A stretch of 64,000 nt of DNA. Source: Candidatus Omnitrophota bacterium. Lineage in GTDB: Bacteria; Omnitrophota; Gorgyraeia; 2-01-FULL-45-10. The notes below the pieces were generated by a model. That model searched no databases and was not told the DNA's origin. It worked only from the letters and a program-made list of their open reading frames with translations. The stretch covers positions 77,091 to 141,090 of the forward strand of contig JAPLME010000008.1 of NCBI GenBank assembly GCA_026387175.1. Reading direction: 5' to 3'. Made by a program: the position numbers and the translations under genes. Shown in pieces: positions 30,996 to 39,120 of the stretch (the first letter of the stretch is position 1; each line of letters begins with the position of its first letter).

Positions 30996-31330
30996 TGAAG
31001 AAGAACACTGCCAGGTTATGGATCGGACTGGTGATATTAGTTATCCTGTCTCCTCTTGGAGTAATTCTCCCAAAATATTTTAAGGCAGGAACCGCCTGGG
31101 GGGAGTGGGGCGCAGATGAGATGCGCAAGCTTGTTGGTTATATCCCTTTCGGTTTTGATAAGCTTTCAACTATGTGGAATGCGCCGCTGTCCGGCTATAT
31201 TTTTAAAGGCTGGGATGAGAAGGGGTTGGGACATTTAAGTTTGTCTTATTTAGCCTCTGCGATATTAGGGATAGCCATTACAGTGGCGATCATGTTGTTT
31301 TTGGGAAGAATCTTAACAAAAAAACGATAA
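30995..31330 (+). CDS. CbiN/NikN-like (PDGLE-type) accessory membrane protein
   Basis: ATG coupled to the cbiM TGA; LSPLG, AWGEWG, APLSGY; two TM helices. Confidence 0.8.
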   Translation: MKKNTARLWIGLVILVILSPLGVILPKYFKAGTAWGEWGADEMRKLVGYIPFGFDKLSTMWNAPLSGYIFKGWDEKGLGHLSLSYLASAILGIAITVAIMLFLGRILTKKR

Positions 31331-31345
31331 AAATTTCAGAAACAG

Positions 31346-31377
31346 TAGCATATTCGCGGTAATTTTGGTATCATAAT
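31346..31377 (+). promoter_or_regulatory. Promoter for the gcv cassette (very short leader or leaderless)
   Basis: TAGCAT-17 nt-TATCAT with extended TG and an overlapping CATAAT; no SD before the ATG at 31386. Confidence 0.45.
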
Positions 31378-31385
31378 ACCTTATC

Positions 31386-32492
31386 ATGGACCTCAAGAAG
31401 ACCCCTCTTATATATGAGCACGAACGTCTGGGCGCGAAACTTGCGCCGTTTGGCGGCTGGCTCATGCCGATACAATATTCCGGTATAATAGCCGAACATG
31501 TCTGGACGCGGAGCGAGGTTTCGCTCTTCGATATCTGCCATATGGGCGAATTCGTAATACGCGGCGAGCCTGAGAAGAGCGGATTCAACAATATTGTTAC
31601 TTTCGATCTAAGGACGCTCCCGATATTCAGTTGTCGTTACGGCTTTACACTGAATGATGCGGGCGGTATCATCGATGATCTGATTGTGTATAGGACGGCG
31701 GAGAACGAGTGGATGGTGGTGGTCAATGCCGCCACTATCGATGGCGATGAAGCTCACTTTCGTAAGCATTTATCCCGGAGTACAGATTTTCAGAATGTGT
31801 CATCCGCATTGGGGAAGCTGGATTTGCAGGGCCCTCGCTCATTAGATTCATTGAAGAGACTTGCGGGGCCCGGCGTAGCGAACCTTGACTACTATAAATT
31901 AGGTTATTTCAATGTTTTGGGCGAAAAAATCATTATCAGCAGGACCGGCTATACAGGGGAACTCGGATATGAGCTCTATATATCCGCCGATAAGGTGAAG
32001 GAGCTTTGGAAGAAACTCCTTGCGGATGGCCGAGTAAAGCCGGCGGGGCTTGGGGCCAGAGACACGCTTCGCCTGGAGATGACTTATCCGCTGTACGGCC
32101 AGGACATCACGGCCGATACCACTCCGCTCGAGGCGGATAAAGGAAAGTTCGTAGATCTTAATAAAGACTTTATCGGCAAACCTGCGCTTTTAAAAAAAAG
32201 CAAGCCGTCGAGAAAGTTGATCAGTTTTATTGCGGAGTCGCGCCGCTCGCCGCGGCATAATTACAGGATATTGGTGAACGGCAAAGACGCAGGTGTGGTC
32301 ACAAGCGGTTCATTCTCTCCCAGCCTTTCATGCGGCATCGGTATGGGATATGTCGATCTTCCATGCGCTCCCGGGAGCCGGATAACGCTTAAAGAGAATG
32401 ACGTCGAGATAGGGGCTACGGTAACGAAAGGGCCGTTTTATAAAAAGGGTACCGCAAAAATATCGGAGGATTCGCATGCACATACCGGATGA
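31386..32492 (+). CDS. gcvT: Glycine cleavage T protein
   Basis: FGGWLMPIQY, FDICHMG, SRTGYTGELGYE, GLGARDTLRLE. Confidence 0.96.
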   Translation: MDLKKTPLIYEHERLGAKLAPFGGWLMPIQYSGIIAEHVWTRSEVSLFDICHMGEFVIRGEPEKSGFNNIVTFDLRTLPIFSCRYGFTLNDAGGIIDDLIVYRTAENEWMVVVNAATIDGDEAHFRKHLSRSTDFQNVSSALGKLDLQGPRSLDSLKRLAGPGVANLDYYKLGYFNVLGEKIIISRTGYTGELGYELYISADKVKELWKKLLADGRVKPAGLGARDTLRLEMTYPLYGQDITADTTPLEADKGKFVDLNKDFIGKPALLKKSKPSRKLISFIAESRRSPRHNYRILVNGKDAGVVTSGSFSPSLSCGIGMGYVDLPCAPGSRITLKENDVEIGATVTKGPFYKKGTAKISEDSHAHTG

Positions 32493-32862
32493 TCTTTTAT
32501 ACACGAAAGAACATGAATGGGTAAGAATCAAAGGTAAGACCGCTGCTATCGGCATCACCGATTATGCTCAAGGGTCATTAGGTGATATCACATTCGTAGA
32601 TATAGCTAAAGCGGGAAATGCCATTGAGCAGTTTAAACAATATGCCACGGTCGAGTCGGTCAAGGCGGCGTCCGATGTGTATGCGCCGGTATCCGGCAAG
32701 ATTTCAAAGATTAACGGAGAACTTGCCATCCATCCGGAGCTTGTCAACCAGTCGCCGTACGATAAAGGCTATTTCGCGGTAGTTGATATAAATAATGACA
32801 AGGATCCCTCGAGGCTCATGTCTGCCGCAGAATATAAAAAATATGTAGAGGGATTGTCTTAG
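32476..32862 (+). CDS. gcvH: Glycine cleavage H protein
   Basis: YTKEHEWV, GITDYAQ, lipoyl-Lys motif VESVKAASD. Confidence 0.96.
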   Translation: MHIPDDLLYTKEHEWVRIKGKTAAIGITDYAQGSLGDITFVDIAKAGNAIEQFKQYATVESVKAASDVYAPVSGKISKINGELAIHPELVNQSPYDKGYFAVVDINNDKDPSRLMSAAEYKKYVEGLS

Positions 32863-34200
32863 ATGAACTATGTCCCGCATACCGACAAGGATAAGGCCGA
32901 TATGCTGAAGGCTATAGGCGCCAAGTCGGTCGAAGACCTGTTTAAAGATATCGCTCCGGCGCTTAGGCCGAAATCGTTCGATATCCCCGAAGGTAAATCG
33001 GAGTTCGAGGTCTGCCGCTACATTAAGTCGCTTGCCTCGAAGAACGCCACAAACCTTATCAGTTTCCTGGGCGCCGGTTTCTACGATCACTATATTCCCG
33101 CGGCGGTCGATGCTCTTGCATCGAGGTCAGAATTCTATACCGCATACACTCCGTATCAGCCTGAGTCGTCTCAAGGATGGCTTCAGGCGATCTATGAATA
33201 TCAGACAGCCATCTGTGAACTTATGGAACTCGATGTCTCCAATGCGTCGCTCTACGACGGTGGAACGGCGCTCTATGAGGCCGCCATGATGGCGGTAAGG
33301 CTCACCGGGCGGAAAAAGATCATCGTGGACCAGGGTGTAAACCTTATTTACCGGACCATGCTCTACACCTATACGTCCAACCTGTCTATAGAATTTGTTG
33401 AAACGCCGGTCGTTCACGGCCAGAGCTCCCGCGAAGCGGTATTGAAACATCTTGATAGCAATACCGCCGCTGTTATACTGCAGAATCCTAACTTTTTCGG
33501 CGCAATCGACGATTATACCGATATAGTGAAGAAGAGCCACGAGGCAGGCGCTATCGCCATACAATCGGTATATCCGATATCGATGGGCATGCTTAAAACT
33601 CCCGGCGAGATGGGATTCGATATCGCCACCGGCGAAGGGCAGAGCCTTGGGATACCGCTTTCATTCGGCGGGCCGTATTTAGGGTTCATGGCCGCCAGAA
33701 AAGAGCATGTCAGGCAGATGCCGGGCAGGATAGTGGGCGCAACGGTCGATATGGACGGGAAGAGAGGATACGTGCTTACTCTGCAGACGAGAGAGCAGCA
33801 CATAAGAAGGGAAAAGGCGACCTCAAATATCTGTTCCAACGAGGCGCTCTGCGCCTTGCGCGCGGTCATATATCTTTCGCTTATAGGCAAGACGGGATTA
33901 AAGGAACTGGCGCAGCTTAATCATGACAAGGCGGAATTCGCCAAAAGCGTCCTTGAAAAGATATCCGGGGTGACGGTGAAGAGAAGTTCGCCGACGTTTA
34001 ATGAGTTTACCATATGCCTTCCGAAGAATGCCGATGATGTGGTACACAAGATGGTCGAGAAAGGTTACGCGGCAGGTTTTCCCTTGGGCAGGTTTTATAA
34101 AGGAATGGAAAATTATCTTCTCTTAGCGGTGACCGAGAAGAGGACGAAGGAAGATATCCTCAAGTTCGGGGATAGCCTGGAGGCCGTATTATGCGACTGA
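32863..34200 (+). CDS. gcvPA: Glycine dehydrogenase subunit 1
   Basis: FYTAYTPYQPE, NASLYDG, LQTREQHIRREKATSNICSN. Confidence 0.96.
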   Translation: MNYVPHTDKDKADMLKAIGAKSVEDLFKDIAPALRPKSFDIPEGKSEFEVCRYIKSLASKNATNLISFLGAGFYDHYIPAAVDALASRSEFYTAYTPYQPESSQGWLQAIYEYQTAICELMELDVSNASLYDGGTALYEAAMMAVRLTGRKKIIVDQGVNLIYRTMLYTYTSNLSIEFVETPVVHGQSSREAVLKHLDSNTAAVILQNPNFFGAIDDYTDIVKKSHEAGAIAIQSVYPISMGMLKTPGEMGFDIATGEGQSLGIPLSFGGPYLGFMAARKEHVRQMPGRIVGATVDMDGKRGYVLTLQTREQHIRREKATSNICSNEALCALRAVIYLSLIGKTGLKELAQLNHDKAEFAKSVLEKISGVTVKRSSPTFNEFTICLPKNADDVVHKMVEKGYAAGFPLGRFYKGMENYLLLAVTEKRTKEDILKFGDSLEAVLCD

Positions 34201-35639
34201 TCTTCGAGAAGAATGTAAAGGGCCGGCGCGGCCTTAAGATCCAGGCATCCGACGTTCCGGCGACTTCCGCGCTGGAGGCTAAATATCTCCGGAAAGATCC
34301 GCCGGACCTTCCGGACATTTCGGAACTCGACGTAGTGCGCCATTACACGAATCTGTCACGGCTCAACTTCTCAGTCGATACTAATTTTTATCCCCTGGGC
34401 TCCTGCACGATGAAGTACAATCCGAAATTCACCGAAGTTCTCGCGGGCCTGGAAGGTTTCACCGCGGTCCATCCTCTTCTACCGCAGCTTTCAGGCGGCG
34501 GCATCCTGACGCAAGGTTCTCTCGAAGTTATCTATAATACAAAAAAACTTCTTTGCGAGATAACGGGTATGGCCGGGTTTACTATGCAGCCGCTTGCCGG
34601 AGCTCATGGGGAGTTGACGGGCGTTATGCTGATAGCCGCCTATCACAGGCACCACGGATTGCGGAGGAAGTATGTTATAGTTCCGGACTCTTCACACGGC
34701 ACAAACCCTGCGAGCGCGGCGATAGCCGGTTATCAGGTCATAGTGATACCGACAGATAGCGATGGTTACATGAATATAGCGGAGTACAAGAGGCGGCTGA
34801 ACGATGAAGTGGCCGCGGTCATGCTTACGTGTCCTGACACTCTGGGCATATTCAATCCACGTATTAAGGAGATCACCGATCTTGCGCACGACGTGGGGGC
34901 GTTGATGTATTATGATGGAGCGAATCTGAACGCCGTTCTGGGCAAGTGCCGCCCGGCGGATATAGGGTTCGATGTAATGCACATTAACCTTCATAAGACA
35001 TTTGCGACACCTCATGGCGGCGGCGGCCCGGGATCCGGACCGGTAGGCGTGTGCGAGAAGCTGATAGATTTTCTGCCGATCCCGCGCATAGTTAAGCGCT
35101 CCGACGGCACATTCGCCCTCGATTATCACAGGCATAAGTCCATAGGATATATAGCGCCGTTCTACGGCAACTTCGGCGTAATATTGAAGGCATATGCCTA
35201 TATGCTTTTATTGGGGAAGAAAGGCCTTATAGAGGCATCGGAATCCGCGGTCCTCAGCGCCAATTATTGCAGGGTAAAACTTAAAGGCCATTACGATATA
35301 CCTTTCGACAGGATATGTATGCACGAATGCGTCCTATCCGCCTCGAAACAGATCAAAAACGGCGTGCATGCCCTCGACATCGCCAAATATCTTATCGATA
35401 TGGGGTATCATCCTCCTACAATATACTTCCCGCTGATAGTCAAAGAGGCGATCATGATAGAACCCACAGAGACAGAATCTAAAGAGACGCTCGATGAATT
35501 TATCGAAACGATGATAGCGATAGCCAAACTCGCCGAGACAGATCCGCAAGCTGTAAAGCGCGCGCCGCTTACAAGGTCCGTGAAGAGGCTCGATGAGACT
35601 AAGGCGGCCCGAGAGCCTAACTTGCGCTGGCGCGCCTAG
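34191..35639 (+). CDS. gcvPB: Glycine dehydrogenase subunit 2
   Basis: YPLGSCTMKYNP, HGTNPASA, PLP-Lys motif NLHKTF, HGGGGPG. Confidence 0.96.
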   Translation: MRLIFEKNVKGRRGLKIQASDVPATSALEAKYLRKDPPDLPDISELDVVRHYTNLSRLNFSVDTNFYPLGSCTMKYNPKFTEVLAGLEGFTAVHPLLPQLSGGGILTQGSLEVIYNTKKLLCEITGMAGFTMQPLAGAHGELTGVMLIAAYHRHHGLRRKYVIVPDSSHGTNPASAAIAGYQVIVIPTDSDGYMNIAEYKRRLNDEVAAVMLTCPDTLGIFNPRIKEITDLAHDVGALMYYDGANLNAVLGKCRPADIGFDVMHINLHKTFATPHGGGGPGSGPVGVCEKLIDFLPIPRIVKRSDGTFALDYHRHKSIGYIAPFYGNFGVILKAYAYMLLLGKKGLIEASESAVLSANYCRVKLKGHYDIPFDRICMHECVLSASKQIKNGVHALDIAKYLIDMGYHPPTIYFPLIVKEAIMIEPTETESKETLDEFIETMIAIAKLAETDPQAVKRAPLTRSVKRLDETKAAREPNLRWRA

Positions 35640-35648
35640 AGTCAAAAG

Positions 35649-36470
35649 ATGAGCGTATCCTGGCGGATCATCGATACCGGGCCCATGGATCCTGCCGCTA
35701 ACATGGCATTCGATGAGGCTATCCTGCAGGGATATCAATGTCATTCTTCTCCTCCGACGCTGCGTATTTACGGATGGAAAAATCCGGGCCTTTCGCTCGG
35801 GTATTCACAGGATCCTGAGCAGGAGCTCGATATCGAGTTCTGCCGAAAGGTATCGATGCCGTTCGTGAGAAGGATTACGGGCGGCGGGATCATATTACAC
35901 GGTAACGAACTCACCTATAGCCTTGTCTGTTCAAAGTCCGACCTTAGCATTCCCGCGCATGTATTGTCATCATATAAGATCATCTCTTCGTTCTTGATTG
36001 CATTTTATAATGCCTTAGGTATAAAGGCCCGGTTTGCGTGCGATGTCGTGAAGAATGAAACGCTTTCGGAGCCTTCGGCAATATGTTTTGCGGCAAAAGA
36101 GAAGTATGATATAGTTTCAGGCGGTAGAAAGATAGGCGGCAGTGCCCAGAAGCGGACGCGCGGCGTAATATTTCAACACGGCAGTATTCCTTTCAATTTC
36201 GACAGGGGGCGGGCCTTGTCCTTTTCGAGAGCGGAGCTTCCTCGCGGTAGTGAATACGATGCGGTCTGTCTGGAAGAAGTTCTGGGCCGTGGTGTTAATG
36301 CGGCAGATATGTCTAAGGTCATGATAAGAGCGTTTACAGAGTCATTCGATATTAGGGCCGAGGTGGGCGGGCTTTCAAGCGCAGAAGAAGAGTGTTTCTC
36401 GAAGCTGAAAACGATGAAATATGAAAGCTCCGATTGGAATTTTAACAGGATAGATAGGTTGCGAGCATAA
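35649..36470 (+). CDS. Lipoate-protein ligase family octanoyltransferase (LipM/LplA-like)
   Basis: NMAFDEAIL, RRITGGG, RKIGGSAQ, QHGS. Confidence 0.88.
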   Translation: MSVSWRIIDTGPMDPAANMAFDEAILQGYQCHSSPPTLRIYGWKNPGLSLGYSQDPEQELDIEFCRKVSMPFVRRITGGGIILHGNELTYSLVCSKSDLSIPAHVLSSYKIISSFLIAFYNALGIKARFACDVVKNETLSEPSAICFAAKEKYDIVSGGRKIGGSAQKRTRGVIFQHGSIPFNFDRGRALSFSRAELPRGSEYDAVCLEEVLGRGVNAADMSKVMIRAFTESFDIRAEVGGLSSAEEECFSKLKTMKYESSDWNFNRIDRLRA

Positions 36471-37366
36471 TGATGGATAGAATAGAAAGAAATATAAAAC
36501 GGCCCTTCTGGATAAATAAAAAGATCAATCTTAGAGATTGCGCCGATGTGAAGAAGAAACTCGGTAGTCTGGGTCTCAATACCGTCTGTGAAGAGGCGCT
36601 TTGCCCGAATATAGGGGAGTGTTTCTCTAAGGCTCAGGCCACGTTTCTTATCCTGGGAAAGATATGCACCAGGCAGTGCTCATTTTGCGGAGTGAAAAAG
36701 GGCTCTCCGTCACCGGTCGACCCCGATGAGCCCGCGAAGGTGGCAGATGGGGCGCGGCGACTGGGCCTGAGACATGTGGTTATAACAAGCGTTACGCGCG
36801 ACGACCTGCCAGACGGCGGAGCGCAGGCCTTTATCGATACCATATCGTGCCTGCGCAGGCACGAACGGAAAATCGTGATCGAGATATTGACGCCCGATTT
36901 TAATTTTGACAAATCCGCGATACAAAATGTAGCTATGGCCGAGCCGGATATCTTCGCTCACAACATAGAGACTGTGCCGCGGCTGTATATGGAAGCGCGT
37001 AACGGCGCGGATTACGACAGATCGCTCAGGGTGCTATCATATATAAAGGAATGCGATAATGCCATGCATGTGAAATCAGGCATCATGTTGGGCTTGGGTG
37101 AGCGCGAGGATGAGGTGCTTAGCACCTTCCGCGATATCGCCGGAACCGGATGTGATTTTTTAAGTATCGGGCAGTATCTCGCGCCAAGCAAGAATCATCT
37201 GCCGGTGAAGGAGTACGTATCTCCCGATAGATTCAAGCGGTACAAAGAGGATGCATTGAAAGCAGGTTTTCGCCATGTCGTAAGCGGCCCATATGTACGA
37301 AGCTCGTATTCGGCATCGGAATATCTGGAATCGGAAGGGGCACCGGTCAATGGCAGCTGTCAATAG
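36470..37366 (+). CDS. lipA: Lipoyl synthase
   Basis: CEEALCPNIGEC, CTRQCSFC, HNIETV, GQYL, VRSSY. Confidence 0.96.
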   Translation: MMDRIERNIKRPFWINKKINLRDCADVKKKLGSLGLNTVCEEALCPNIGECFSKAQATFLILGKICTRQCSFCGVKKGSPSPVDPDEPAKVADGARRLGLRHVVITSVTRDDLPDGGAQAFIDTISCLRRHERKIVIEILTPDFNFDKSAIQNVAMAEPDIFAHNIETVPRLYMEARNGADYDRSLRVLSYIKECDNAMHVKSGIMLGLGEREDEVLSTFRDIAGTGCDFLSIGQYLAPSKNHLPVKEYVSPDRFKRYKEDALKAGFRHVVSGPYVRSSYSASEYLESEGAPVNGSCQ

Positions 37367-38189
37367 CAACAGGTTCATAGAGCGGTCGATTTCCGGTACG
37401 GTCTCTTTCTTGAAAGAGTCCGTCTTTTCGGATGAATACGCATCGAGAAAAGGCCTCCTGCAGTCCATTGATCCGAGGATGAAGCTTGTGACATTCGCGC
37501 TCTTGCTCCTGACGGTCTTGTTCACTAAAAGTATAGCAACGGTCTTTTATCTTTATGTCGTATCGCTTATATTTACCTATTTATCGAAGATCGATCTGGC
37601 CTTCTTCCTTAAGAGAACCTGGATATTCATTCCGCTATTCTCTCTCTTTATAGCTATTCCGGCGTTATTCAGTGTCTTCACTCCGGGGGAGACGATATCG
37701 GGCTTTAACGTCTTCGGATTACACTTTATTATTACGCGACAGGGATTATACGGCGCTTCATTATTTATTATGCGCGTTATAACTTCCGTATCTTTTGCTG
37801 TACTACTTAGCATCACCACGAAACATTTTGAACTTTTGAAGGTATTACGCATATTCAGGGTGCCTCAAGTCTTTGTTATGATACTGGGGATGTGCTACCG
37901 GTACATCTACTTATTTGCAGAAGTTGTAGAAAATACTTACCTCGCGATAAAGAGCCGCGTGGGGACAGCGATGCATTACAAGAAAGGCCAGCATATCGTA
38001 GCATGGAGCATGGCATCGCTCTGGTATAGGTCGTACCGGTTTAATGAGGAAGTGTATAGCGCGATGCTCTCGAGAGGGTATAGGGGAGAGCCCGTCATCT
38101 TCAATGATTTCAGGATGAGGTCAAGGGATTGGCTGTGGTTAGGTTTCGTGGTAATAATATGCGCTGTGCCCATATATCTGGCGCGTTAA
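37350..38189 (+). CDS. cbiQ: ECF Co/Ni transporter T component
   Basis: IDPRMKL, YRYI, AIKSR, AMLSRGY; ATG at 37350 follows GAAGGGG. Confidence 0.9.
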   Translation: MAAVNSNRFIERSISGTVSFLKESVFSDEYASRKGLLQSIDPRMKLVTFALLLLTVLFTKSIATVFYLYVVSLIFTYLSKIDLAFFLKRTWIFIPLFSLFIAIPALFSVFTPGETISGFNVFGLHFIITRQGLYGASLFIMRVITSVSFAVLLSITTKHFELLKVLRIFRVPQVFVMILGMCYRYIYLFAEVVENTYLAIKSRVGTAMHYKKGQHIVAWSMASLWYRSYRFNEEVYSAMLSRGYRGEPVIFNDFRMRSRDWLWLGFVVIICAVPIYLAR

Positions 38190-38208
38190 AATAAAGGCTT
38201 GATGGATC

Positions 38209-39024
38209 ATGAGTGATGCTGTATTTCAGTTAAGCGATATTCACTTCTCGTACCTTGGAAAATATCCGGCTCTTTGCGGGATAGACATGACGATCGAGAA
38301 GGGCCAGAAAGCGGTGATCATCGGCGCAAACGGCTCCGGCAAGTCAACACTTCTGCATATGCTCGATGGGCTCATATTCCCCAACAGAGGCACCATTACG
38401 GCTTTCGGCAGGGCGATGAGCGAAGAGGTGTTTAGCGATCAGGAGTTTTCTCGGGATTTCCGCAAGAAGGTCGGATTTGTATTCCAGAATCCCGATGTTC
38501 AGTTATTCTGCCCCAGCGTAAAAGAAGATATTCTCTTTGGGCCGCTCCAACTTAAAGAAGATAAAAAAGAGATCGAAAAGCGCCTTGAGAGGCTCATCGA
38601 CATTTTGGACATTAAAGAGTTGCTCGACAGGTCGCCTCATCAGTTGAGTGTCGGTGAAAAGAGAAAGGTTACGATAGCCTCGACCCTGATCATAGATCCT
38701 GAAGTGCTCCTTCTGGATGAGCCGACGGCCGGACTCGACCCATTGACCACCAGGCATATCATGGATTTTCTTATCAATGAGAACAAAGCCGGAAAGACGA
38801 TAATCACATCCACGCATGACCTGCATATCGTCGAAGAGATAGCGGATAAGGTCCTTGTATTCAGCCGAGATAAAAAGATAGTGAAGTCCGGATCCCCCGA
38901 AGAGATATTGAAGGATATGGCGCTTCTTCAGGAGCATAACCTGGTGCATATACATGCGCACAGGCATGACGGCCGGACACATGTCCACCCGCACGAGCAC
39001 CCCAGCCATGATCATACTCACTGA
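38209..39024 (+). CDS. cbiO: ECF ATPase with a His-rich tail
   Basis: GANGSGKST, FQNPDVQLF, LLDEPTAGLDP; tail HIHAHRHDGRTHVHPHEHPSHDHTH. Confidence 0.92.
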   Translation: MSDAVFQLSDIHFSYLGKYPALCGIDMTIEKGQKAVIIGANGSGKSTLLHMLDGLIFPNRGTITAFGRAMSEEVFSDQEFSRDFRKKVGFVFQNPDVQLFCPSVKEDILFGPLQLKEDKKEIEKRLERLIDILDIKELLDRSPHQLSVGEKRKVTIASTLIIDPEVLLLDEPTAGLDPLTTRHIMDFLINENKAGKTIITSTHDLHIVEEIADKVLVFSRDKKIVKSGSPEEILKDMALLQEHNLVHIHAHRHDGRTHVHPHEHPSHDHTH

Positions 39025-39039
39025 TCATCTAGTTAAATT

Positions 39040-39103
39040 ATAAAAAAGTTATATTTAGGCTATTGCTATATGGTAAATTGTACTATATACTATATAGTAC
39101 AAT
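39040..39103 (+). promoter_or_regulatory. Promoter of the 1872-aa gene with an overlapping perfect 27-bp palindrome
   Basis: ATAAAAAAGTTA (39040), TTGCTA (39063)-17 nt-TATACT (39086); ATTGTACTATATA-C-TATATAGTACAAT (39077-39103). Confidence 0.7.
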
Positions 39104-39120
39104 AAAAAGGTAAATCATGT

